Source: an uncultured bacterium (GTDB lineage Bacteria > Krumholzibacteriota > Krumholzibacteriia > Krumholzibacteriales > CAZTHK01). Taken from it: a stretch of DNA of 47,934 bases. The DNA is taken from contig CAZTHK010000026.1 in the NCBI GenBank assembly GCA_964613215.1, forward strand, positions 1 through 47,934. Reading direction: 5' to 3'. Position numbers and translations under genes: made by a program. Below the pieces are notes generated by a model. That model searched no databases. It saw nothing but the letters and a program-made list of their open reading frames with translations, and had not been told where the DNA came from. Each line of letters opens with the position of its first letter. Positions within the stretch are counted from its first letter, which is position 1. Below, piece by piece: positions 28,230 to 38,061 of the stretch.

Positions 28230-29438
28230 ATGAGAATCTGCCGAATCGCATCCTTTCCCACTGATACCTCTCCCGGAACCGGCCTGCCCGGATATTTTCT
28301 GTGCAAGGCAATCAGGGTTCCCACCCTTTTCCTGACCAGGAGGGTGCCGGGGCTCAAAAACGCTCCCCCCCATGTAAGGCTGAATCCGGTTCCCTATTTC
28401 AATCCGCCCTTCGGAGAGAGAATCGATCCCTTCCGCCTGGTGGCAAAGCTTGCAGGGCTGTTCCTCTTCTTCGTTGCCTCCATTCCCTCCATGGTGAGGT
28501 TTCGCCCGGACATCGTGCACATCCACTCCCCCCACTATATTCCCCATGCCATCTTTGCCAGATTCATCCTGGGGGCCAGAGTGTGTGTAACTTTTCACGG
28601 CTCCGATCTTCTGAGAATAAGAAGAAGCCGGCTGCTTCAGAGTCTGCTCAAAGTAACCGCGGACAGGTTCTTCTATGTTTCCACATCCATGCAGGATGAT
28701 CTGAAGAAATTCATACCTTCAGACAGAATGGTATATACCCCCAACGGGGTGGATCCGGAGAGATTCAGAGACCTGGGGATGAAAAGAGAGCGCAGGGTAG
28801 TTGCGGTGGGTAACCTGAGATGGCAGAAGGGATATCAGTACCTGATAGAAGCATTCTACTCGCTGAAAAACACTGGGTACACTCTGGTTATCGTGGGAGA
28901 GGGTCCTCTGCGGGGGGAACTTCAGGCACTTATCGACAAGCTGAACCTGGGGGAAAGGGTACTTCTGGCCGGCAGGAAGAATCATCAACAGATCATCCGG
29001 CTGCTTAACACCAGCAGGTTGTTCGTAATGTCCTCTCTGTCGGAAGGATTTCCCAAGGCTCTGGTGGAAGCCATAGCATGCGGCCTGCCCGTGGTGGTAA
29101 CCGGTGCGGGTTGCTGCAGGGAAGTTTCCGGAGAGGTGGGATTATGCGTGGAACCGGGGCGGGTAGAGTCATTGGCCCGGGCACTGAGAAAGATGATAGA
29201 GAATAACGAGCTGAGGGAGAAATTTGCTGAAAACACCGGCAAAACCGCCTCCCGGTATTCCTGGAACCGGTCCTGCCGGAAAGTAGCAGAGAGTTACTCG
29301 GAACTCACCGGCGGAAAATTGCCTGCAGAGACCGATACAGGCATTCCGGAGGAATCCCCAGCCCGGAGCAGCTCCGGCTGTTCGGATAAAGTGAGTGAAA
29401 CGGTATCGGCCCTTCCGGGGAACAGCTCCTCATCATAA
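28230..29438 (+). CDS. GT4-family (GT-B fold) glycosyltransferase with Ser-rich C-terminal tail
   Basis: RVVAVGNLRWQKGYQYLIEAF ... MSSLSEGFPKALVEAIACGLPVVVT EX7E-type motif. Confidence 0.85.
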   Translation: MRICRIASFPTDTSPGTGLPGYFLCKAIRVPTLFLTRRVPGLKNAPPHVRLNPVPYFNPPFGERIDPFRLVAKLAGLFLFFVASIPSMVRFRPDIVHIHSPHYIPHAIFARFILGARVCVTFHGSDLLRIRRSRLLQSLLKVTADRFFYVSTSMQDDLKKFIPSDRMVYTPNGVDPERFRDLGMKRERRVVAVGNLRWQKGYQYLIEAFYSLKNTGYTLVIVGEGPLRGELQALIDKLNLGERVLLAGRKNHQQIIRLLNTSRLFVMSSLSEGFPKALVEAIACGLPVVVTGAGCCREVSGEVGLCVEPGRVESLARALRKMIENNELREKFAENTGKTASRYSWNRSCRKVAESYSELTGGKLPAETDTGIPEESPARSSSGCSDKVSETVSALPGNSSSS

Positions 29439-29636
29439 TGCCTCCGTCATTCGGCCATTCCTCCCCCGGGGATAAACCTTCAATTTTACAGAGAATTGAT
29501 AACACCCGGGTATTAAAGCGGTGGCCGGGGGATTTAATTAAATCCAAAAAATTTCTTTATTTATTGCCTGTTTACATATAGATTACTCTAAAAATATTCG
29601 CCGGGTTTCGGGTTTGAAATTCAGCAGGAACTGATT

Positions 29637-30560
29637 ATGACCGAAAAATTGGGAATAGCTCTCGGCTCCGGAGGAGCCAGAGGATTGTGCCAGATAGGCA
29701 TACTCCTGTGGCTGCAGGAACATGAGATAAGACCGGACTTCATCTCGGGATGCTCCATAGGTTCAGTTATCGGGGGACACACTGCAGCGGGATACTCTCC
29801 CGGTTATCTCAAGAAAACAGCCCTGGATATAAACTGGCTTGATCTGGTGAAGTGGCTGCAGCTCTCCTTCAGGGGAACCAGTATATTCACCTGGGATAAG
29901 ATCCTGGAGTTTCTCACTCAAACCCTGGGTGGCAGGAACATAGAAGAACTGGAAATCCCCTTTGCCTGTGTGACCACTGACATAAACACTGGTCAGGAAC
30001 ACGTTTTCGACAGCGGCGACCTGCTCAAGGCGGTCTCGGCTTCCAGTGCCATAGCAGGAATTTTCCCCCCGGTACCATGGGAAGAAAAACTGTTTGTGGA
30101 TGGAGAACTGGTCAATCCGGTTCCCCTGGATATAGCCTTCAGACTGGGTGCGGATAAGGTAATAGGAGTAAATTGCAACAGGCCGGTACAACGGAAGATG
30201 GCCCGGCAGGAAGACTCCCCTTCATTAGTGGAAAAAATGGAGGAATGGGTCAAGCAAAGTGCGGAGAAGGGTCCGGAACAGGTATCCCGGATATATGACA
30301 AGATGTCAGATTCGCTGCAGAAAATTTCCGGGGATAAGCGAGACAGGATGTTCTATGAGATAATCTCAGACAGTTATGCTGTTTTATCCTCTCAGATACT
30401 TCAGTATAAACGCAGTGAAACCGGGCCGCATCTGATGATCGAACCGGAGGTGGGCAAATACGGGGTTTTCGATTTTGAAAAAGCGGAAACTCTGATAGAA
30501 GCAGGATACAATGAAATGGAGTCGAGAGAGCACGATCTCCTCGAATTCCTGAAACAGTAG
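29637..30560 (+). CDS. Patatin-like phospholipase
   Basis: Oxyanion GSGGARG, nucleophile GCSIG (GxSxG), catalytic Asp in VDGELVNPVP. Confidence 0.8.
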   Translation: MTEKLGIALGSGGARGLCQIGILLWLQEHEIRPDFISGCSIGSVIGGHTAAGYSPGYLKKTALDINWLDLVKWLQLSFRGTSIFTWDKILEFLTQTLGGRNIEELEIPFACVTTDINTGQEHVFDSGDLLKAVSASSAIAGIFPPVPWEEKLFVDGELVNPVPLDIAFRLGADKVIGVNCNRPVQRKMARQEDSPSLVEKMEEWVKQSAEKGPEQVSRIYDKMSDSLQKISGDKRDRMFYEIISDSYAVLSSQILQYKRSETGPHLMIEPEVGKYGVFDFEKAETLIEAGYNEMESREHDLLEFLKQ

Positions 30561-30576
30561 GGAAAGGCCGGGCTCG

Positions 30577-31404
30577 ATGCAGCATACGGAGTATCTGTCC
30601 AATATATCCAGCCAGCAATTATTAATCTCCCTGGTGGTGGTCTCCTGCTTTCTCTTCCCTTTGTCCGGTACCGGCCTGGCTGCCGGCGGCGGCAGCACCG
30701 GGGTTGAGAATACACCGCCGGCCCGGGACAGCCTGTCCTCGGATACTTCTTCCGTGGATCTCGAAAAATACAAATGGGTTGCCGGGCAATCTTCAACGGA
30801 GGCAAAGATATTCCGGGTGCTCAATACCCATTTTGCCAATCCGGCACTGGATGCCGTAATGCCAATAATTACTGACTTCAGGAGAAACAGGATATTCGTC
30901 CTGATGGTCTGGGCTGCCCTGGTGATCTTCGGAGGTTCCCGGGGCAGATGGGCAGCCCTGATGCTGATACCGCTGATAGCGGCATCCGATCAGCTTTCCA
31001 GCAGCCTGCTGAAACCGCTATTTGCCCGAATCCGTCCCTGTGAGATACTGGGGGAAATCAGACTCTGGCACGGTGCGGAGGGGTGGATCACCACCTCTGC
31101 TGAAACAGCCAGAAGCTACAAGGGTTCCTTCTCCTTTCCCTCCGGTCATGCCACCAACATTACCGCCTCCATGCTCTTTCTGAGCCTGGTGTACCGCAAA
31201 CTGATAATACCCCTGCTGGTGCTGGCGCTGGCTGTCTCCTATTCCAGAATATATGTTGGTGTTCACTGGCCCCTGGATGTGCTGGCGGGCATGGCCACAG
31301 GAGCAGCTCTGGCCTTTCCGGCATACTTCCTGTACCAGTGGCTCCGGGGAATTCCCCCCAGGAAATCCAAACTGCCCACCTCCCCGGGAAAGGATCAGAG
31401 CTAA
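30577..31404 (+). CDS. PAP2-family membrane phosphatase
   Basis: KPLFARIRP / SFPSGHA / SRIYVGVHWPLD tripartite PAP2 motif. Signal/TM N-terminus with Ser/Thr-rich linker. Confidence 0.8.
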   Translation: MQHTEYLSNISSQQLLISLVVVSCFLFPLSGTGLAAGGGSTGVENTPPARDSLSSDTSSVDLEKYKWVAGQSSTEAKIFRVLNTHFANPALDAVMPIITDFRRNRIFVLMVWAALVIFGGSRGRWAALMLIPLIAASDQLSSSLLKPLFARIRPCEILGEIRLWHGAEGWITTSAETARSYKGSFSFPSGHATNITASMLFLSLVYRKLIIPLLVLALAVSYSRIYVGVHWPLDVLAGMATGAALAFPAYFLYQWLRGIPPRKSKLPTSPGKDQS

Positions 31405-31445
31405 TCCTTCCAGCCAATAATTTTACGGTAACCGGTTACCGTAAA

Positions 31446-32225
31446 TCACCGGGGGTATCCCACCGGTATGATCAGGGCGGGTTCACAGCCCTCCGGCAGG
31501 GACAGAATATCACTCACTTCCCGGTCACTGAAAGCACCCACCGCCACACTTCCCAGCTCCAGGGCAACAGCCTGCAGCATCAGGTTCTCCGCTGCACAGC
31601 CAACTTCCATCTGTACATACCGGTCAGCCCTCTCCCCGTATACCGCTTCGGTCCTGGAGGGAACAGCAGTTATGACAAAAACCAGGGGTGCCCGGGCAAA
31701 CCACATCTGGCGGTAGGAGGCCTCCGCCAGTGATCTGCGAACGTCCTCCGTCTTTACCACTACCAGGCTGTGTTCTGCGGGTATATACCTGGCCAGGCAG
31801 CCTTCCGCAGCCAGATAGAGCTCCAGCGGATATGTGGCTCCGGCGGAGGGAGCACTTCTGAACTGGTTCTGCTCATCGGTTATCCCCTGTGCTGCCGACA
31901 GAAGCATGGAAATATTCTCCCCGGGGGGAACCCCCTCCTGGTAGTCCCTGATGGAGCGGCGTTCAGCTATGGCTTCCCTCACCGTAATATCACCCCTGCC
32001 CCCTACCGGTGGAAGGGATATGGTATCTCCCGGGCGGGATGAGGTAAAATCGATCATCTTTCCCACTCTCCCTCTTTCTTTCTCTCCGGTTAAGGCGCCG
32101 GAGTCAGAATCCTCAGTAAAATCATCTTTTACACAGCAGCTGACCGCTGCTCCCGGCTGGTAAAAAGCCAAGACCAGCGCCAATACTGTTACTAAAACAC
32201 CTGATAAGAGTTTTCTGCTAATCAT
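31446..32225 (-). CDS. SagB/ThcOx-type nitroreductase-fold protein with N-terminal signal peptide or lipobox
   Basis: Nitroreductase-family core (REAIAERRSIRDY ... GCAAENLMLQAVALELGSV). N-terminal hydrophobic segment ending AVSCC. ATG at 32225 chosen over the upstream GTG at 32246. Confidence 0.65.
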   Translation of the reverse strand: MISRKLLSGVLVTVLALVLAFYQPGAAVSCCVKDDFTEDSDSGALTGEKERGRVGKMIDFTSSRPGDTISLPPVGGRGDITVREAIAERRSIRDYQEGVPPGENISMLLSAAQGITDEQNQFRSAPSAGATYPLELYLAAEGCLARYIPAEHSLVVVKTEDVRRSLAEASYRQMWFARAPLVFVITAVPSRTEAVYGERADRYVQMEVGCAAENLMLQAVALELGSVAVGAFSDREVSDILSLPEGCEPALIIPVGYPR

Positions 32226-32463
32226 GACAGTTCCGTCCCCTTCCACATATGCCGGTCAACCGTTTCCGGTATATCAGCGGCGATAATAAATTAAGGTATC
32301 CCCGGTCAGGCCGGGAGCACTTATCCATGAAATACCAGCCTGGCTCAAAGTCCCCCTGGAAACATTACATTTCACCAGTCTGCGGGCAGATAAAACCTCT
32401 GCCCTCCCGTTTTTATGATTAAATCAACATACCATCTTCAATACAATATGTTATTATGAAAGC

Positions 32464-34116
32464 ATGAAAAAAGAATCGGGAATATTAAAGAAAGCAATAA
32501 TTACAGGAGCAGCTGCTCTGATTATACGCCTGGTTCATTTTCTGCTGAGCTGGAGATATAATCCCCTTGACGGGGATCTGGTGCTGGATGCAAGAATTTA
32601 TCACAACTGGGCGGTTGCCCTGACCAGGGGAGGTGATCCCGGCCCCACCCAGCTGATGCAGTCTCCCCTCTACCCCTGGCTGATCTCACTGGTCTACCGC
32701 ATCACCGGTCCCCTGCCGGACGCAGTCTTTCTCCTTCAGGCAGTAGCCGGAGCGGTCTCCTGCGCCCTGATAGTTATAATAACCAGACGCCTGTTCAACT
32801 CAACCGGAGCAGCCCTGACAGCCGGAATTGCCGGAGCAGTCTATCTTCCCCTCATATTCTATCAGCAGGTAATGGTGCCGGCTACATTGATCATACTGCT
32901 TAATCTGATATTTGTAACCCTGCTGGTCCCGGAGGAGCCTATGCCGGGAAAATCAAGAACCTTCTCCGCAGGTGTAGCTCTGGGTCTCTCCGTGATGGCC
33001 AAACCGGTGGCACTGCTTCTGCTCCCCTTTGCCCTGATTCATATAATCACAGTAGGGGGCAGAGTCCTTCCGGGTTTCCGGGATATTATAACAGGAAAAA
33101 GTCACCCATCCGGAAACTCATCGAAGCAACATAAATACCCGGGTACGAATTCTGCCTTCCTTCCCTCCTCAAGGGAAAAAACAGTTCTCTCTCTGATAAT
33201 GCTGGCAGGCCTGATTCTATCAATCAGCCCGCTTACCATAAGAAACGCAGTCCTGACCGGAGAATTCATACCCCTTACCACCGGCGGGGGAATCAACTTC
33301 TACATCGGGAATAACAGGGGAGCGAACGGGTACTACAGCGTTCCGGAGTACCGGGGCGGGTCGCTGGGGGGCACACCGGTGGAACAGTGGCACCGGATGA
33401 CCGTAACTGCTGAACGGGAACTGGGGAGAGATCTTACCGGGGGGGAGATATCACGGTTCTGGCTGGAGAAGGGTCTTCAGTATATCCGGAGGCACCCGGC
33501 GGACTGGCTGGGGCTGTTGTGGCAGAAATTCATCTTCTTCTGGAACAGTTACGAGAGGGCCAATGTGGAAAGCTTTCAATTCCACAGGCGTTTTCCCGGC
33601 CTGCTGGGGCTGCCCCTGCTGCTGTTCGGAATAGTGGCGCCTCCGGCGGTGCTGGGAATATTCCTTACCCGCAACCACCGGAGGGAACTGTGGCTGCTGT
33701 ACGGGGGAGTGATCACATACCTGCTGGCAGCTCTGGCTTTCTACGTGCTGGGCAGATACAGATTGCCGGTGGTACCCTTCCTGTTACCATTCCTCGGGGC
33801 AGCTCTGTGGGAAATAGTATCCCTGGTCAGGAGCAGGAGGATATCCGAGCTGGTGCTTGCTCTGGCAGCCCTGTCTGTGCTGTTCTTCTTTTCCAACATG
33901 ACCGTGGCCAGAGACACCCGGGCGGGAACCTCCGGAAAACTGACCAGGCTGGGACGGGTGTATCTGGATGAGGGAGATACCACCCGGGCAGTATCCTCCT
34001 TCAGAGAGGCCCTTGACTCTGATCCGGACAACCGGCAGGCTGCCCGGTTCCTGAACATGATCAAAACAAAAATTCCGCCGGCTGAAAGAATGAAAAACTC
34101 CATGCAGGGAAAGTAG
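32464..34116 (+). CDS. GT39/GT83-like (PMT_2 / ArnT-type) polytopic membrane glycosyltransferase with C-terminal TPR repeat
   Basis: About 10 TM helices, conserved acidic first loop (NPLDGDLVLDARIYHNWA), C-terminal TPR-like YLDEGDTTRAVSSFREALDSDPDN. Confidence 0.65.
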   Translation: MKKESGILKKAIITGAAALIIRLVHFLLSWRYNPLDGDLVLDARIYHNWAVALTRGGDPGPTQLMQSPLYPWLISLVYRITGPLPDAVFLLQAVAGAVSCALIVIITRRLFNSTGAALTAGIAGAVYLPLIFYQQVMVPATLIILLNLIFVTLLVPEEPMPGKSRTFSAGVALGLSVMAKPVALLLLPFALIHIITVGGRVLPGFRDIITGKSHPSGNSSKQHKYPGTNSAFLPSSREKTVLSLIMLAGLILSISPLTIRNAVLTGEFIPLTTGGGINFYIGNNRGANGYYSVPEYRGGSLGGTPVEQWHRMTVTAERELGRDLTGGEISRFWLEKGLQYIRRHPADWLGLLWQKFIFFWNSYERANVESFQFHRRFPGLLGLPLLLFGIVAPPAVLGIFLTRNHRRELWLLYGGVITYLLAALAFYVLGRYRLPVVPFLLPFLGAALWEIVSLVRSRRISELVLALAALSVLFFFSNMTVARDTRAGTSGKLTRLGRVYLDEGDTTRAVSSFREALDSDPDNRQAARFLNMIKTKIPPAERMKNSMQGK

Positions 34117-34347
34117 ATCTTTCCAAAAAGGGGTTTTACAAAAAGGGAATATATTGACTCAGATACAGAGCTGATGTAGTATGTTTGGAAAAATTTGTAT
34201 AGATTGTTTGCCCCGAACTGCAAACAACCCTGCTGATCACTTCAAGGATGAACAGATTGAATCATGATCCTCCTGATCATAAAAGTACTGTCTGAAAAAT
34301 AACCGGCCATACAAATCAGCTATGGTTACAGAGAATAAGTAGACATC

Positions 34348-37300
34348 ATGAGAAGAACCATCAGTCATGCCAGTTTGCTGTCACTTCCGGCTCTGATGCT
34401 CGCAGCAATCACTCTTATCTGCCTTCCGCCTTATGCTGCCTGCAGAGCACAGAGTTACCAGATAGATACCTACTCGGAGGACGACGGTCTTCCCAGCTCC
34501 TATATTAATGACATTACCCAGGACCACAGCGGCCGGATGTGGTTTGCCACCCGGTCGGGCATTGCAGTTTATGACGGGCTGACCTGGAAAACCTATGATC
34601 TTAATGACGGCCTTGCCACCCTCAACTATGATTTCATCCTGGAGGACCGGTCCGGAAGAATATGGGCCATAACCAACATGCGGGGTGAAATCATCTCCGG
34701 CTTTGACGGGGATAGCTGGAGTAATATACCGCCTCCTGCCAGCGAGGGGGGATGTAAAAACAAGGTATCAGCAGCAGCAGCCGGGGGAGACAGTAATAAC
34801 TCCCTCCTTATAGCCGGACACCGTCATGGCGGCCTGGGTTACTGGAATGGAAAAGAATGGGAAAAACCGTTTCCCCGTGAGGTGTTCGATAACACCGTAA
34901 TCAGATGGATCGAAACAGCCGGAGACAGCATCTATATTGCTTCCGGCAAAGGTCTGTGGATCGGGCCTGCTATACCGGCTCCGGACAGTTTCAGGCTGTG
35001 TAAGCAGGTACCGGCTGAAGAGATATACTCCCTTTCCTTCGATCCGGAAACCGCTAAACTCTGGATGGTGGCAAATGGCTGGATCGGCTGGCTCAGAGAG
35101 GGGAAATTCAACCGTATACCCTGCCGTCATTCCACCAGCCTGCTGGAAAGATTCGGAAAGGTGGAATGTCAGCATTTCCCCAGCGGAGGGCTTTTCTTCG
35201 GAAATCCCAGTATGCTTTACTACTTTGAGCCGGGTGCAGGCTTTAAACCTGTACAGAAAAAGAATGGGTTGATAGCACCCGGCGTTTCCACGCTCTATCT
35301 CGACCGGGAGAAGAACCTCTGGACAGGGGGGTACCGGGGGGTTTCCAAGATAGTCAGTCTAAGATTCGCTAATTACCAGGAGGATCACGGGCTGCTGGAA
35401 GACGAGGTTTCTGCAGTGCTGGAGCTCGATTCCGGAGAGATAGTACTGGGGCATCCCTGTGGATTGACATTTATGAGTGATACCATAAGTACCATGCGTC
35501 TCACCAGCCAGATGATGGGGGTAAGGGTTCTGGACCTGGCCCAGGACGATCAGGGATATCTCTGGGCGGCGGTACATTCCAGGGGACTGGCCAGAATAAA
35601 TGAATCAGGGGATATTGGATGGTATCACCCTGGCGGCAATAGCATATTAGCCGTTACATCAGTTATGGAAGACAGCAGAGGAAGGCTGTGGGTGACCACC
35701 GGCTCCGATATTTATCTGAAGACAGACCATGGATTCAGGAAAATTGGAATCACCGTACCGGAAGGTATTCAGGGTGATATTGGCATGAGAAAGATCTTCG
35801 AGGGTTCGGATGGAACCATATATGTAGCTACACAGAAAAGCGGAATATGTTCCATCCGGCAGGGGGAGGCGGAGTTCACCCGGCCGGGAAAAACTTACAA
35901 TGAAAACAGTGTGTTTGCATTCTATCAGAACAGCAGCGGCCGGAAATGGGTGGGAACCGCAGCCGGGCTTTTCAACGGAGAGGGGAAAAATCTTAAAAGG
36001 GTAAAGACTCCCGGGCCGGAGATAAACCGGCCGGTTTATTTCATAATGGAGGACCGGAACAACCGGATGTGGTTCGGTACCGATAACGGAGCCTGCCGGT
36101 GGGATGGAGAGCGATTGCTCCAATTCACTATAGAAAACGGGCTGATCGGGCGGGAGACCAACCGGGCCGCAGCCCTGCAGGATTCCCGGGGAAGGATATG
36201 GATTGGAATGGATGTGGGTGTGTCGGTATACCGGGAAGAACTGGAACGGGATTACAACATCAAACCCGCCATCGAACTGATATCCCTGGAAACTCCGGAA
36301 CAGTCATTCCCCCTGGATCAGCAAATCTCCATCCCTCATGACCAGAACACCCTGAAATTCAGGTTCCGCGCCATATCCTTCATAAACGAGAAGACACTCC
36401 GTTTCAGAACCTGGCTGACCGGTTATGAATCGGGATGGCAGGGACCCTACCACTCTCCCCGTCAACAGATCCGGTATATCAACCTTCCTCCCGGCGAATA
36501 TGTATTTCATGCACAGGCAGGGGGATATGAACAACCATGGAGTGATATAGCCTCCTCAGCAGTAATTACCATAAACCGTCCCTTCTATAGCAGCATCTGG
36601 TTTCTGGCCGGGATGAGCGGCCTGCTGATACTGATTGTATTCTCGGTGATATCCTACATCTCCCAGAAACGCTACTCCCGGCGCCTGGAGGAAGAGGTAC
36701 AGAAGAAGGTAAGGGAGAAACAGAGGATAGAGAATGAGCTTCAGAAGAGCCGCAAGCTGGAAGCCCTCGGTATCATGGCCGGAGGAATCGCCCACGACTT
36801 CAACAACTTTCTGACTGCGGTACTGGGAAATCTATCCCTTCTGGAGGTAGACCTCTCCTCCGACCCTGAACATAACACCAAGCTACAGGGAGCCATAAGT
36901 GCTGCCAGGCATGCCAGTTCGCTAACCACTCAGCTTCTCACCTTCTCCAGGGGGGGGTCACCGGTAAGGGAAGCCGGATGCATGGCGGAATTGATCCGGG
37001 AATGCGCTTCTTTTACCCTCCGGGGTACCGGCATACTGATCCGTTATCAGCTCCCTCCCGGCCTCTGGCCGGTGGAGATGGATGCCAGCCAGATGAGCCA
37101 GGTAATCAACAATCTCCTTCTCAATGCCAGGGAGGCCATGCCGGGCGGAGGGACCATATATATCCAGGGGGAGAACCTGTCCAAAGCTCCGCCCCGATTA
37201 AAGCAGGGCCGTTATATCAGCATAGAGATAACAGATGAAGGCAGGGGAATTCCGGAGGATATAATCGACAGCATATTTGATCCCTATTATTCCACCAAGG

Positions 37301-37863
37301 AGGAGGGCCACGGGCTGGGCCTGGCCACCTCCTACTCCATAGTCAGCAAGCACGAAGGCCTGCTGACCGTGGACTCTGTAGTGGGAAGGGGAACCACCTT
37401 TACCATCTTCCTCCCTGCCACAGACCAGAAAGCAGCCATCCCCCGGAGTTCCCCGGAAAGGGAATCCCCCGGCCATGGCAGGATACTGGTTATGGACGAT
37501 AATGCCCAGGTGAGGGAGACTACCAGCCGGTTACTGGAGGGACTGGGCTTTACCGCCGGGGTAGCCAGGGAAGGGAAGGAAGCAATAGAGCTTTACCGGA
37601 ATGCCATGGAGAGCAATGAGCCATTCGATGCGGTGGTGCTGGACCTCACCGTACCCGGAGGTATGGGAGGCAGGGAAACCATCCAACATCTGCTCAAGAT
37701 CGATTCCGAAGTAAAGGCCATTGTAGCCAGCGGATACTCCAATGACGATGTGCTGGCCAACTATCAGCGTTACGGTTTCAGTGCCTGCCTGAGCAAGCCC
37801 TTTTTAATGAATGAGTTGAGGGAAACCCTGCTGGATGTCCTGACACCCGCCACCTCTCCCTGA
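34348..37863 (+). CDS. Hybrid sensor histidine kinase with periplasmic two-component-regulator propeller and Y_Y_Y domain, HisKA, HATPase and C-terminal receiver
   Basis: Signal peptide, repeated Reg_prop units (DGLPSSYINDITQD ... WFAT), single TM, H-box IAHDFNNFLTAVLGN, G-boxes, REC domain. No DNA-binding output. Confidence 0.85.
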   Translation: MRRTISHASLLSLPALMLAAITLICLPPYAACRAQSYQIDTYSEDDGLPSSYINDITQDHSGRMWFATRSGIAVYDGLTWKTYDLNDGLATLNYDFILEDRSGRIWAITNMRGEIISGFDGDSWSNIPPPASEGGCKNKVSAAAAGGDSNNSLLIAGHRHGGLGYWNGKEWEKPFPREVFDNTVIRWIETAGDSIYIASGKGLWIGPAIPAPDSFRLCKQVPAEEIYSLSFDPETAKLWMVANGWIGWLREGKFNRIPCRHSTSLLERFGKVECQHFPSGGLFFGNPSMLYYFEPGAGFKPVQKKNGLIAPGVSTLYLDREKNLWTGGYRGVSKIVSLRFANYQEDHGLLEDEVSAVLELDSGEIVLGHPCGLTFMSDTISTMRLTSQMMGVRVLDLAQDDQGYLWAAVHSRGLARINESGDIGWYHPGGNSILAVTSVMEDSRGRLWVTTGSDIYLKTDHGFRKIGITVPEGIQGDIGMRKIFEGSDGTIYVATQKSGICSIRQGEAEFTRPGKTYNENSVFAFYQNSSGRKWVGTAAGLFNGEGKNLKRVKTPGPEINRPVYFIMEDRNNRMWFGTDNGACRWDGERLLQFTIENGLIGRETNRAAALQDSRGRIWIGMDVGVSVYREELERDYNIKPAIELISLETPEQSFPLDQQISIPHDQNTLKFRFRAISFINEKTLRFRTWLTGYESGWQGPYHSPRQQIRYINLPPGEYVFHAQAGGYEQPWSDIASSAVITINRPFYSSIWFLAGMSGLLILIVFSVISYISQKRYSRRLEEEVQKKVREKQRIENELQKSRKLEALGIMAGGIAHDFNNFLTAVLGNLSLLEVDLSSDPEHNTKLQGAISAARHASSLTTQLLTFSRGGSPVREAGCMAELIRECASFTLRGTGILIRYQLPPGLWPVEMDASQMSQVINNLLLNAREAMPGGGTIYIQGENLSKAPPRLKQGRYISIEITDEGRGIPEDIIDSIFDPYYSTKEEGHGLGLATSYSIVSKHEGLLTVDSVVGRGTTFTIFLPATDQKAAIPRSSPERESPGHGRILVMDDNAQVRETTSRLLEGLGFTAGVAREGKEAIELYRNAMESNEPFDAVVLDLTVPGGMGGRETIQHLLKIDSEVKAIVASGYSNDDVLANYQRYGFSACLSKPFLMNELRETLLDVLTPATSP

Positions 37864-38061
37864 TTATATTTATCTTTTTATCAATAAGCAGAATATATGC
37901 TTAAGGCATTTTCCCATCCGTCGGTTGATGTTTCAAAACCCTCCCCTGACGCGCAGGCATGCTTTTTTGATTCGATTAAAAAATAGCGGGTCCGGGACGC
38001 AGAGTAAGATTTACGCTGCCGGCTAGAATCGGCAGCAGTTATGAAATACCAGGCAGCTGAA

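Noticed and set aside
29637-30560. A CBASS-type antiphage effector, since CapV-like effectors are patatin-like phospholipases
   Set aside because: No CD-NTase/cyclase, E1/E2/JAB or other CBASS component is nearby. The adjacent nucleotidyltransferase is a sugar/phospho-alcohol NTP-transferase, not a CD-NTase. Neighbours are GT4 and PAP2 lipid/glycan enzymes.
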